Of a stretch of 64,000 nt of DNA, positions 47,791 through 57,090 are shown piece after piece. A program made the translations under genes and the position numbers. The DNA lies in NCBI GenBank assembly GCA_964445435.1, contig CAYUKU010000001.1, forward strand, positions 183,751 to 247,750, given 5' to 3'. How positions within the stretch are numbered: the first letter of the stretch is position 1; every line of letters begins with the position of its first letter. Below the pieces are notes generated by a model. That model searched no databases, was not told the origin of the DNA, and saw only the letters and a program-made list of their open reading frames with translations. The DNA is from an uncultured Gammaproteobacteria bacterium. Lineage in GTDB: Bacteria > Patescibacteriota > Microgenomatia > UBA10105 > UBA927.

Positions 47791-48180
47791 TGCCTGGTTT
47801 ACGAGGAAATCCGCGCGTTTGTTTAATTCTCTTCTGACTGCTTCATAGGTAACACGTGCCCCAGTTTCTTGTTCCAGTTGCCGGGCGCGGACAAGATGTT
47901 CCCGAAGATGGGGCTCTTTCACCCGAAATAATCCGTTGAGTTGGTTGACGACGAGGGTTGAATCCAGGATGAAGCGTATTTCTTTGGGGTGCATCTGTTT
48001 ATGAACAATCCATGACAGCGCTTCAATAACCGCGGTATACTCGGCAACATTATTGGTGGTCTCCCCTATTTTCTTGCTTATTTCTCCCAACGTAACTCCA
48101 TCGGATTCAATCGTAACGCCGATTGCGGCCGGTCCGGGATTTCCCCTCGCTCCGCCGTCTGTATGAATGATGAGATTCAT
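47779..48180 (-). CDS. rnhA: Ribonuclease HI.
   Basis: IIHTDGGARGNPGPAAIGV, TNNVAEYTAVIEAL and DS..VVNQ blocks of type-1 RNase H. Confidence 0.85.
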   Translation of the reverse strand: MNLIIHTDGGARGNPGPAAIGVTIESDGVTLGEISKKIGETTNNVAEYTAVIEALSWIVHKQMHPKEIRFILDSTLVVNQLNGLFRVKEPHLREHLVRARQLEQETGARVTYEAVRRELNKRADFLVNQALDL

Positions 48181-48183
48181 GAG

Positions 48184-49413
48184 TTATGTACGTAGCTCTT
48201 GGAGAGCTTTTCGCAAAACAATACCTGATACTATCAAGACTATCCCCTCTGATGCAACGGTTATCCATGCTGCGGCGAGATATCCATATTGAGGAACCAA
48301 CATGCTGTTGAAAAGAACGTTCATGATCATGGAGAGACCGTAAATCCACACGAGCGATTTTTGTTTCCCTAATGTAATAAGTGTCCACATAGTCAGTGCG
48401 GATGCGAAGAAAAACGGGAAACTTAAAGATAAAATCCGAAGTGGCAGAATGCTGTCTTGGAAATCAGGCTGTATGGCGGTGACCAATGGTGAAGCCATTC
48501 GGACGGCGATGACGGCGATGCCAGATGCCACGATAAGAAAGAGAAGGGATTTTCGGATGATGGCCAAGAATTTGGCTTCCTGCGATCTCGCTTTCAAAAG
48601 CACGGGATAGAGCGCGTTTATAAAAAACGTCGGGAAGACGAGAACGAGTTCAAACAGTTTGTACGCAAGTCCGTAGATGCCAACTTCGGCGGTTGGCCGC
48701 GTGAGTGTCAAGATGACACTGTCCACGTGTCCGTACACCAGGTTAAACAAAAGCGTGAGTCCAAGAGGAAGTGCCTCAAGAAACATCGGAAGGTTATGTT
48801 TCCATGAGAAAGAGAGCGAGACCGATTCGCGAAGCATGCGCACACCAAGAAATGCAAAGATGGCAGTCGTCAAGCTTCCGGTAAGCAGAGTCAGTGTTCC
48901 GGCGAGAACCGCACTGACAGGAGTCTTCAGAGTGAACCATAACGTCGCAAGGGATAGCATGCTTCCTGCACCAAGGGCGAGTGTCGCAAGATCGTAACGG
49001 AGACGTTTCTGGAAAACGGCATTTGCCGTTGTGATAAGGGACTGAAAAATGATGGCAGGGGAGAAAAGTATAATTCCCAACCGTACGATATTTGTGTATC
49101 CGTCAGATGTGCTCTGGGGAAGAAACGCAAGGAGTGACACAGCAATGAACACGAGGAAAACTGCGAGAGTGAGTCGTGTAGCTAGTAAGACCGAGAGTGC
49201 ATGAGTATCTTGACGGCGCAGATAGATTGCGTTGAGTCCGAAGTCAGAAACGAGGAAAAAGAACCCGACGTAGGTCGTGACTTTTATCACATCTCCATAT
49301 CCGGTAACCCCAAATTGTCTCGCAAGAAGGAGGGTGATAAGGAACGTCGTCGTTGCTCCAACAATTTTCCCAACAACCTGGCTTAGCGTATTTGCCGCGA
49401 TGATCAGTTTCAT
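48184..49413 (-). CDS. MOP-superfamily polysaccharide flippase (Wzx/MurJ-like).
   Basis: MKLIIAANTLSQVVGKIVGATTTFLITLLLARQFGVTGYG N-terminus typical of Wzx/MurJ. About 12 TM segments. Confidence 0.7.
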   Translation of the reverse strand: MKLIIAANTLSQVVGKIVGATTTFLITLLLARQFGVTGYGDVIKVTTYVGFFFLVSDFGLNAIYLRRQDTHALSVLLATRLTLAVFLVFIAVSLLAFLPQSTSDGYTNIVRLGIILFSPAIIFQSLITTANAVFQKRLRYDLATLALGAGSMLSLATLWFTLKTPVSAVLAGTLTLLTGSLTTAIFAFLGVRMLRESVSLSFSWKHNLPMFLEALPLGLTLLFNLVYGHVDSVILTLTRPTAEVGIYGLAYKLFELVLVFPTFFINALYPVLLKARSQEAKFLAIIRKSLLFLIVASGIAVIAVRMASPLVTAIQPDFQDSILPLRILSLSFPFFFASALTMWTLITLGKQKSLVWIYGLSMIMNVLFNSMLVPQYGYLAAAWITVASEGIVLIVSGIVLRKALQELRT

Positions 49414-49536
49414 GAAGCTATTGTAGCACGCCTCATGTCAGACGGGAGGGATTATATGTGAAGAAGTTCATACATTTTCTGTTGTTTTCGGCCTATCTAT
49501 TTGCCATAATACAGAAGAATAATTTGCCGCATTTTT

Positions 49537-52086
49537 ATGTATCCTGCCGACGAGAGTGTTTTACCAGACGACGCAAAAAATCTTCCTGTGGCTCGTATTG
49601 ACGGGCAGGAAGAAATTTTCGTTATTCCGCTGCGGGAATATTTGGAAACAAACGGCTGCCGTGTAATTTTCAACCAGCCGTCAAGGGACCCCGTGGAGTA
49701 TCATATTGTCGCGGGGAGTTTGGACTTCGTGAAACATATTTTGGAAACCTCCCCGCAGTTGTCCGTCCGGCGGTTGGGAATTGTTATCCATTCTTCTTTT
49801 TCCGACGCCAAAAAGATCGCGTCGAGTCGAAACAAAATTGTTGTCGTCGATCCTGTGCAGTTAACAGAACAAGATGTCGTAGAAATATTTTCTTTCTTTT
49901 TTGCCGGCAATTCTGACAGCTTTGATAAAAGACGAAACAGACATGTGCCAGAAATAGCATCAGAAAGGGCAGAAAAGGCACCTGCTCCAAAAGTTGAAAA
50001 CTATGAAGACAAAAGGGAACTGGAAACAGAGAAAGAGAATGAGAAAAGGATTCAGACTCTAATACGGGATGTCTTCGGTGCAGACGTGTTGGCGAAAGCA
50101 CAAAAAGAAAAATTACGACAAAGGAAACGCCGACGAGAAAAGTGGAAACGCGCAGGCGCATATACAGTCGCAACCTTTTTCTTTTTCCTGTTGCCGGTTT
50201 TTTGGTACATCATGAGCATCGCGGCAACAGGAACACTCCTTATTGTCGCTGGTCGTGAATTGCACAGCGGACGTTTCACAAACGGACAGCGATTTGAAAG
50301 AGCGGCATCATACTGGAGACGTCAGGGGGAGTTTAGCTTCGGTTTAGTGGCGACGCCACTTCGATTCGCGGGCGGGCAGAAAATCGTGAGGGGGCAGGAA
50401 CGGTTGTTGTCGTTTTTCCGGGACGTATCTTCTCTATATATAGAGTCTTTCGATCTTATTACGGTCGGGAAGGAAGCGTCAGCGCTTCTTTTGCAGGGAG
50501 GGAAAGCACAATCAGACATATCCGCTGCCGTGACGATGGAGAAATTGCGACTGTCTGTTATCGCAATGTACGATTCCATGGGACTTGCTCAAGCGCAGCT
50601 CGCCATTATGCTCGAGGAACAGTCATTTCCGTTTAGCGTGTCGTATGTCCGAAAACGGGGAGAAGACGCTGCCCGTGTGTTGGGACAGGTGAGACGCCAA
50701 TTTGGTATCATCGAGCATTTACTTGTCTTGTATCCGCAAATGTCGGGGTTTGTGAAACCAGCGACCTATTTGGTGCTTCTGCAAAACAGCAATGAACTTC
50801 GGGCAACAGGCGGATTTATCGGGAGCATCGCGAAACTGACGTTGACGCAGGGGGTCATCTCGGATTTCGAAATCCAGGACGTGTATGCAGTAGACGGACA
50901 ATTGAAAGGACATGTCGATCCGCCTGATCCGATTGCAGAAATTTTGGGTCAGGAGCATTGGTATTTACGCGATAGCAATTGGGATCCGGATTTCAAAGTA
51001 AGCAGCAGACAAGCGTCCTGGTTTTACGAGAAGGAGACAGGGGAGAGTGTCGATGGGGTGATTGCCATAAATGTTCCCATTGTTGTAGATCTTCTGAAAG
51101 TCACAGGACCGCTTGTGCTTTCCGATTATAACGATCGGATCACTGCGGAAAACTTTTTCGGCAAATCGCTTTTCTACACCCAAAAGGATTTTTTCCCCGG
51201 GTCAACGCAAAAGCGTGACTTTCTGGGGACTCTTGCGCGCACGCTCATAACCCGGTTGACCACTGACCACAACATTTCGCCGGTAGATTTGTTCCGAACG
51301 ATTTCCGTGGGACTTGAGCGACGGGACATTATGTTTTATTTCAATGACGCTGACCTTCAAGAGCTTGTTGAGCATTATCAGTGGGCCGGTCGTATGTTCG
51401 GTCAACCAGGGTGTCTCGGTGTGGATAGTCAGTTATGCTTCTTCGATCCGTTTGCGTTTTCCGAAACAAACCTGAGTGTTAGCAAGGTAAATTATTTCGT
51501 ATCAAGAAGTGCGCTTCGTGAGATAACAATTGCACCCGACGGGTCGGTGACTGAAAGTGTCACCGTGACCATAAAAAATGATGCCCAGGGAGAAGAGCCG
51601 GGTGTCAGCGGAGGCTATGTCGTCTACGGGCGATTTTTTGTCCCGGCGGATGCACAGGTGCAGGAGATTACGCTTGATGCAGTTCCAATTCCTTCGAGAA
51701 ACCCGGAGGATACGATCCGTCCCGATTTCCCATACATCGAGCGTGCCGATGCTCCTGAGGGGATATCGGGGTTCGGCGCGGCTATTGAGGTGGCGCCGGG
51801 TTCCAGTCGGCAAATTCGAATTTCCTATACGCGGGGGCAACGTTTTCCGGATATGTCCCAAGCCGGGCGAAAGACGATGTTTGAGGCGCTTTATTATAAA
51901 CAACCAGGATTGCACGGCACGCCGCTGACAACGCGGGTGCGATTTCCCGTTTTTTGGCGGGCGGCTGATGAGACCGGACCGAAAGAAGGGGGAGCAGATG
52001 CTACAGTTATTGCAAAAGAGGGTGAATTTGAGTACAATACGACGGTATTTACTGATATCTCAACGCGAATGCATTTTACCAAATGA
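49537..52086 (+). CDS. Large bitopic protein with an extracytoplasmic DUF4012-like domain.
   Basis: Cytoplasmic N-domain with K/E/R-rich coiled segment, one TM (AYTVATFFFFLLPVFWYIMSIAA). LLQNSNELRATGGFIGSIAKLTL matches the conserved DUF4012 N..ExR.TGGF.GS core. Confidence 0.55.
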   Translation: MYPADESVLPDDAKNLPVARIDGQEEIFVIPLREYLETNGCRVIFNQPSRDPVEYHIVAGSLDFVKHILETSPQLSVRRLGIVIHSSFSDAKKIASSRNKIVVVDPVQLTEQDVVEIFSFFFAGNSDSFDKRRNRHVPEIASERAEKAPAPKVENYEDKRELETEKENEKRIQTLIRDVFGADVLAKAQKEKLRQRKRRREKWKRAGAYTVATFFFFLLPVFWYIMSIAATGTLLIVAGRELHSGRFTNGQRFERAASYWRRQGEFSFGLVATPLRFAGGQKIVRGQERLLSFFRDVSSLYIESFDLITVGKEASALLLQGGKAQSDISAAVTMEKLRLSVIAMYDSMGLAQAQLAIMLEEQSFPFSVSYVRKRGEDAARVLGQVRRQFGIIEHLLVLYPQMSGFVKPATYLVLLQNSNELRATGGFIGSIAKLTLTQGVISDFEIQDVYAVDGQLKGHVDPPDPIAEILGQEHWYLRDSNWDPDFKVSSRQASWFYEKETGESVDGVIAINVPIVVDLLKVTGPLVLSDYNDRITAENFFGKSLFYTQKDFFPGSTQKRDFLGTLARTLITRLTTDHNISPVDLFRTISVGLERRDIMFYFNDADLQELVEHYQWAGRMFGQPGCLGVDSQLCFFDPFAFSETNLSVSKVNYFVSRSALREITIAPDGSVTESVTVTIKNDAQGEEPGVSGGYVVYGRFFVPADAQVQEITLDAVPIPSRNPEDTIRPDFPYIERADAPEGISGFGAAIEVAPGSSRQIRISYTRGQRFPDMSQAGRKTMFEALYYKQPGLHGTPLTTRVRFPVFWRAADETGPKEGGADATVIAKEGEFEYNTTVFTDISTRMHFTK

Positions 52087-52796
52087 ACAAACATTCTTTA
52101 TCAGCCCAGTTGCGCCAGATCGTCGGCAAGAAGGTAAAATCTCTGCGTAAGGCCGGGCAGTTACCGGCAACCGTGTACGGGAAGAACGTCAAAAGCGTTT
52201 CCTTGATGGTTGAAAGGGAGGCGTTTGAGCACGTCTACCAGAAAACCGGCGAGACCGGACTTATCGAATTAGGCCTCGGACAGGAAGCGCGACCCGTACT
52301 TGTTCATAACGTACAAGTGGATCCTGTGACAAATGAGCCGCTTCATGTGGAATTTCATCAGGTGGATTTGAAGGAAAAAGTACGCGCAAAAGTTCCGGTT
52401 GAGGTGACGGGGGAGGCTCCTGCAGTATCACAGAAGCTTGGCGTCCTTCTTACCGTGCTTCATGATATTGAGGTAGAAGCATTGCCGGCTGATCTTCCAG
52501 AGAAGGTAACCATTGATGTTTCGAAGCTCGCTGCCGTTGATGAAGAAATAAGAGTTGGTGATATTCATGTATCCGATGCCGTTACCGTTTTAACGGATGC
52601 CGCACTTACGGTTGTGAAAGTCGGGCCGTTGGTGACGAAGGAAGCAGAGGCACAGGCAGCCGCTGAAGCAGCTGCCGCAGCAGAAGCAGCAGCGACCCCG
52701 CCAGCTGAGGGTGAGGTAACAGAAGCTTCAGGTAAAAAACCGGAGGAAGTCAAAGCCACCGAAACCAAGTCCCAAGAAGAGAAAAAAGCTGCGTAA
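52083..52796 (+). CDS. rplY: 50S ribosomal protein L25 / general stress protein Ctc with an Ala/Glu-rich C-terminal tail.
   Basis: GQLPATVYGKNVKSVSLMVEREAFEHV, PVLVHNVQVDPVTNEPLHVEFHQV. The EAEAQAAAEAAAAAEAAA tail is low complexity. Confidence 0.8.
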   Translation: MNKHSLSAQLRQIVGKKVKSLRKAGQLPATVYGKNVKSVSLMVEREAFEHVYQKTGETGLIELGLGQEARPVLVHNVQVDPVTNEPLHVEFHQVDLKEKVRAKVPVEVTGEAPAVSQKLGVLLTVLHDIEVEALPADLPEKVTIDVSKLAAVDEEIRVGDIHVSDAVTVLTDAALTVVKVGPLVTKEAEAQAAAEAAAAAEAAATPPAEGEVTEASGKKPEEVKATETKSQEEKKAA

Positions 52797-52800
52797 CCCC

Positions 52801-53217
52801 TTATTTGGTTTCTTCTTCAAGCTGTTTGAGAAGTTTGTGCGAAGCGGACGAATTCGGATCAAGAGTTAGGGCTTTCTGAAGAAATTCTTTCGTTTGTCCT
52901 TTTTCTCCCAATTGGTAGGAGAGGAAAGCTGCCATAATATACGCATCCCGATAATCCGGTTTTTCTTCTATGAGTTTTTTCCAGTACGAGAGTTGTGCTT
53001 CTAATACATGAGGCGCTGTTGCGGCGCCGAGGACGGCTTTATCGGTGAGTGTGTCAGAGGCGACGGGTGGCTGTATGCCCGTGAGCTTGTTTATGCTGAT
53101 CAGAAGGCCGACGGCAGTCCAAGCGGCAAACAGCTTCGCCCAGGAGACAAGGCTGCGAAAGACGTGTGCGGGGAAAAATCGGGAAATGTGCGGGAATTGA
53201 AAGCGGTAAGTTTTCAT
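52801..53217 (-). CDS. Membrane-anchored TPR-repeat protein.
   Basis: N-terminal TM followed by TPR-like AYIMAAFLSYQLGEKGQTKEFLQKALTLDPNS repeats. Confidence 0.55.
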   Translation of the reverse strand: MKTYRFQFPHISRFFPAHVFRSLVSWAKLFAAWTAVGLLISINKLTGIQPPVASDTLTDKAVLGAATAPHVLEAQLSYWKKLIEEKPDYRDAYIMAAFLSYQLGEKGQTKEFLQKALTLDPNSSASHKLLKQLEEETK

Positions 53218-53483
53218 CGTGCTTTATTGTAGGAAGCCTGAGGAGGAATTGCAACACCACGCGTCCATTGCTCTTAGCTTCAGGCTATGGTATTCTAGGT
53301 ATCACAAAACTGCCAGACAGAAAAGGGAAATATGCCCGGTAGTAGAATTTCGACGCGCATTGTTTTTCTTTGCCTGCGTGTGGAAGGACTATCTGGTTGG
53401 GAATAAACATACAAACAGAAAGAAAGGAGCTGAAATTTCGAAAAACAAGCGCAACGGCAAAGGTCGAAATTTCACAACCCGGT

Positions 53484-54164
53484 ATGGCCAAAAAGAAACG
53501 GAAAATTTCAGTATCGCCCAAACGTGAGGCTGATCAGGTGGGGGAATTTCCTCGTGTTGAGCCTCAATCGCAGCCGACTGCAGGCAAATTCATGCTTCGT
53601 CGGTGGCAAATGATTGCCGGCTTCGTGATATTAGTCGGCTTGGGAGTGTGGGCATTTAAGAGTGGCATGATCGTGGCGGCGACCGTCAATGGGAAGCCTA
53701 TATTTAAGTGGCAGCTTACCAAGACGCTTGTGAGTAGATTCGGAACGCAGACCCTTGAATCGATGATTACCGAACAGTTAATTGCCGATGCAGCCCAAAA
53801 GGACGGGATTGTCATTTCCCAGGCTGATGTAGACAAGAAGGTGGGAGGGATCGTCAAGAGTCTTGGGGAAAACGTCAACCTGGACGAGCTTCTTAAGTAT
53901 CAGGGGATGACGAAGGCTGATTTCGAACATCAAATTCGGCTTCAGTTAACGGTCGAGAAGATTCTGAGCAAAGACGTCACTATCGAAGAGAAAGACGTGG
54001 ATACCTTCATTACGGAAAATCGCAAAACGATGGTAGCTTCTGAAGAGGCAGCGCTTCGAGAAGAGGCGAGAGTAACCATTCTTTCTCAGAAAGTAAGCGA
54101 GAAAATTCAGCCATGGTTAGGCGAGCTCAAAAGTAAGGCACGTGTTGTGAAATACTTGCAATAA
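53484..54164 (+). CDS. Membrane-anchored SurA-N-terminal-domain-like chaperone (PrsA/SurA-like without an obvious PPIase domain).
   Basis: N-terminal basic segment plus TM, then VNGKPIFKWQLTKTLVSRFG...ESMITEQLIADAAQKDGIVISQADVDKKV typical of the SurA N-domain. Start moved to MAKKKRK. Confidence 0.45.
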   Translation: MAKKKRKISVSPKREADQVGEFPRVEPQSQPTAGKFMLRRWQMIAGFVILVGLGVWAFKSGMIVAATVNGKPIFKWQLTKTLVSRFGTQTLESMITEQLIADAAQKDGIVISQADVDKKVGGIVKSLGENVNLDELLKYQGMTKADFEHQIRLQLTVEKILSKDVTIEEKDVDTFITENRKTMVASEEAALREEARVTILSQKVSEKIQPWLGELKSKARVVKYLQ

Positions 54165-54173
54165 AGGAGGGAC

Positions 54174-54425
54174 ATGCCCTGGTATTTGGGAAACAGTCGG
54201 GCGATGGATCAGTGGTTGGGAGGCGGAATAGTCGTCATTGCCCTGTGGTCTTCCTTATGGACAGGGCTTGTGCTTTGGCATGCTGCCCGACGAGAGCAAA
54301 AGGGATGGTTTATCTTTTTTCTTCTGGTTCATACGGCAGGTATTTTGGAAATACTCTATCTTCTCTTCGTGACCAATGTCCTGGCGTCGGGCAGAAAATC
54401 CTCCAAAAAACGGGGACGTTCGTAA
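54174..54425 (+). CDS. Small two-TM membrane protein (hypothetical).
   Basis: 83-aa ORF with two hydrophobic helices. Weak support. Confidence 0.3.
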   Translation: MPWYLGNSRAMDQWLGGGIVVIALWSSLWTGLVLWHAARREQKGWFIFFLLVHTAGILEILYLLFVTNVLASGRKSSKKRGRS

Positions 54426-54441
54426 ACAGGGGGGGCACATC

Positions 54442-55491
54442 ATGTCGACGTGGCGCAAGTTGAAACGCAATCCGGAGCTTTGGGGCCGATATTTCCTCCG
54501 GGAAAAGGTGTACCAGGCAATACGTTCGTATTTCGCACGCGAAGGATTCCATGAGATCGAAACCCCGCTTCTTATAGCACGCCCTCCGGCTGAGAGTTAT
54601 CTGGATGTTTTCACAACGACGCTTTTTGACCGGAGCCGCCGCCAGAGCCCGATGTATTTGTCCACTTCGCCGGAAGTGCCGCTGAAGAAGCTCATGGTTG
54701 CCGGAGTTGGGAATTGCTATAGCCTCACCAAGAGCTTCAGGAATATGGAAACCCAAAGTTCGTTTCACAACCCGGAGTTTACGATTCTCGAGTGGTACCG
54801 TGTGGGAGCAACCTATATGGATATCATGGAGGATTGTGAAAAACTTGTATCCCACATATGGACTTCGATTCGAGGGAAAGCCAGTTCGCTACTTGTGTAC
54901 CAGGGGAAGCGGGTGGATATCTCTACCCCATGGGAACGGATAACGGTTTCAGAGGCTTTCTCAAAATGGGCCGGGGTGCCGTTTGATGCGTTTCTGAACG
55001 AAAGCGAAGCCCGCACGATTGCACGTGCCAAAGGGTATCGTGTGGAGAAACAAACGACGTGGGAAGAACTTTTTAATCAGATTTTTCTCAATGAGGTCGA
55101 GGGTCATCTTGGAAGGGGGAGGCCGACGATTCTGTATGACTTTCCGGCTGCCATGGGTGCGCTTGCGCGCAAAAAAAGGTCAGACCCCCGGTTTGCGGAA
55201 CGATTCGAGTTCTATATCGAAGGCCTTGAGCTGGGCGACTGTTACGGTGAGTTAACGGACGCAGATGAACAGGAGATGCGGTTTAAGAAAGAGTTGGATG
55301 AGATAAAGCGTCTGGGGAAAACGCCCTATGATTACGATCATGATTTCATCGATGCGCTTCGCATGGGACTGCCGGAAAGTAGCGGCATAGCAGTAGGAGT
55401 GGATAGGCTTCTTATGCTTTTTGCCGACGTGACGGATATCGCTGATGTTTTATTTTTTCCGGCTAAGGAACTTCTGGAGCCCGGCGCATGA
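54442..55491 (+). CDS. EF-P lysine aminoacylase EpmA/GenX-like (class II LysRS catalytic-domain paralog).
   Basis: Class II aaRS motifs FHEIETPLL (motif 2 region), ILEWYRV, GIAVGVDRLLMLF (motif 3). No anticodon-binding N-domain. Size about 350 aa. Confidence 0.6.
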   Translation: MSTWRKLKRNPELWGRYFLREKVYQAIRSYFAREGFHEIETPLLIARPPAESYLDVFTTTLFDRSRRQSPMYLSTSPEVPLKKLMVAGVGNCYSLTKSFRNMETQSSFHNPEFTILEWYRVGATYMDIMEDCEKLVSHIWTSIRGKASSLLVYQGKRVDISTPWERITVSEAFSKWAGVPFDAFLNESEARTIARAKGYRVEKQTTWEELFNQIFLNEVEGHLGRGRPTILYDFPAAMGALARKKRSDPRFAERFEFYIEGLELGDCYGELTDADEQEMRFKKELDEIKRLGKTPYDYDHDFIDALRMGLPESSGIAVGVDRLLMLFADVTDIADVLFFPAKELLEPGA

Positions 55492-56153
55492 TGAACCGTG
55501 TTCGTACAACTGTGCAGAATATTCCATCTTCCGTGTGTCTTGTTGCGGTCACAAAAACGTTCCCCTTTGCGGTGATCCCTCCTGCGTACACCGAGGGGAT
55601 TCGGCATTTTGCTGAAAATAGGATAGATGAGGCGCGAGGTAAAATCGAGGAAGCGCATAAAAGCGGGCTAAATGACATTACCTGGCACATGATCGGCCAT
55701 GTCCAATCCCGTAAAGTTAAAGAGGTTGTTTCCCTCTTCGATTGGGTGGATAGCGTTGATAGTATACGGTTGCTTGAAAAGCTAGACAGGGCAGCGGGGT
55801 CGCTTCGTAAACATCTTCATATTCTTCTGGAGGTAAACGTATCGGGTGAATCTAGTAAATTCGGTTTTACTCCAAATGAGATAGTCGGTGCGGTTGAAAA
55901 GGGGGTGAAGTGCCACAGCCTCGTTCTAGAAGGACTTATGACGATGGCTCCGTATGTAAAAAACGCAGATGAAAACAGGGCGTATTTTCAGTCTCTAAGA
56001 AAGCTTTCGGAAACGATTCGTGTACAGTTCCCGACATTCGGAACCCATCTTTCTATGGGTACGAGTTGCGATTATATGGTGGCTATCGAAGAGAGTGCAA
56101 CACAGATTCGGTTAGGAGAGGCGCTTTTTGGCAAACGGGAGAAAGTCCTCTAA
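55488..56153 (+). CDS. yggS: YggS/PROSC-family PLP-binding homeostasis protein.
   Basis: VCLVAVTKTFP (PLP-Lys), IGHVQSRKVK and later MGTSCDY blocks of the YggS family. 221 aa. Confidence 0.8.
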   Translation: MMNRVRTTVQNIPSSVCLVAVTKTFPFAVIPPAYTEGIRHFAENRIDEARGKIEEAHKSGLNDITWHMIGHVQSRKVKEVVSLFDWVDSVDSIRLLEKLDRAAGSLRKHLHILLEVNVSGESSKFGFTPNEIVGAVEKGVKCHSLVLEGLMTMAPYVKNADENRAYFQSLRKLSETIRVQFPTFGTHLSMGTSCDYMVAIEESATQIRLGEALFGKREKVL

Positions 56154-57049
56154 TATCCGCTTCCAGTTGCCGGAGTGGGGGTTGATGTGGAAAGAGGTAC
56201 AGAAGATGTGGGCGTGGGGGAAGACGGTGCCGTCCCCGGGATGGAGATGGTGGTAAGAATCTGATTAAACACTTCGTCGTCCGCAACAAAGTCGGCAGTC
56301 ACCCCATTGGGAGTGAAGTGATTTACCTCAAGAGAGGTCGTTGCGGAGACTTCGATCATGACGCCCCGCATTCTGCTAAATGCATATCCCGAGAGTGTGC
56401 GGCCGGTAAACAGGCCGGTAAACTCAGTTGCGGGTCTTCCTGCAACCGTGACCTTTTTCGTCGTAAATGAGGTGCCGTTTGCATCAGAGATGATACTGCC
56501 GCGGAAATCAGCGAGAGTTGCACCCGTTCCGCGAGGGGCTACGGTAAATCGGCTGCCCCCCGGAAGGTACGTTCCTTGAGAGGCACAGCCCGTTCCGTCA
56601 CAAATCGGGGAAAGAACGTTGGACGGAAGTTTGAATGTGATGCCTGCAAACGGAAGCTTGGTCGTGCCGCTAATGACGTCGTATGTTTTCCACTGTTCGT
56701 TTACGGTGGGCGCACCGGTTACGAGTGGTGTGACACGGGCTCCGGCAGAAGGTGTTGGCTGTCGTGTGGTAATGTTTCCGTCTTCCGTTTCTGCGGGAAC
56801 AAATTGCCGTACGACGCTTGAGAGCCAGATGCCGGCGGCAAACAGTCCGACGAAAAGAATAAATGTTACAAGCGTGCCCAGAAAGGATCCGGATTTTTTG
56901 GGAGGGGGTGGCGGCGGGGTTGGAGGATGGGGTAGGGCTACTTCCGGCGTTTCCTCATAGGTAAGCGGCTGGGTAGGTTTCGCAGGCTCTGTTTGCGGCT
57001 GATCTTTCGACGTGCCGTATAAATCATCGTTCGTTATCGGGTCTGCCAT
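56150..57049 (-). CDS. Hypothetical bitopic protein with a Pro-rich N-terminus, one TM and an S/T/P-rich extracellular C-terminus.
   Basis: PHPPTPPPPPPKK, TM FLGTLVTFILFVGLFAAGIWL, C-terminal PSSPTPTSSVPLSTSTPTPATGSGY. Confidence 0.4.
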   Translation of the reverse strand: MADPITNDDLYGTSKDQPQTEPAKPTQPLTYEETPEVALPHPPTPPPPPPKKSGSFLGTLVTFILFVGLFAAGIWLSSVVRQFVPAETEDGNITTRQPTPSAGARVTPLVTGAPTVNEQWKTYDVISGTTKLPFAGITFKLPSNVLSPICDGTGCASQGTYLPGGSRFTVAPRGTGATLADFRGSIISDANGTSFTTKKVTVAGRPATEFTGLFTGRTLSGYAFSRMRGVMIEVSATTSLEVNHFTPNGVTADFVADDEVFNQILTTISIPGTAPSSPTPTSSVPLSTSTPTPATGSGY

Positions 57050-57090
57050 ACGGGTATTGTTTCATCACGGCCGCCTGTTTGTCAACGAGG

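Noticed and set aside
53219-53527. 102-aa ORF in the intergenic region before the SurA-like gene.
   Set aside because: Low-complexity, basic, overlaps the probable promoter and leader. Start of the SurA-like gene at 53484 (MAKKKRK) preferred.
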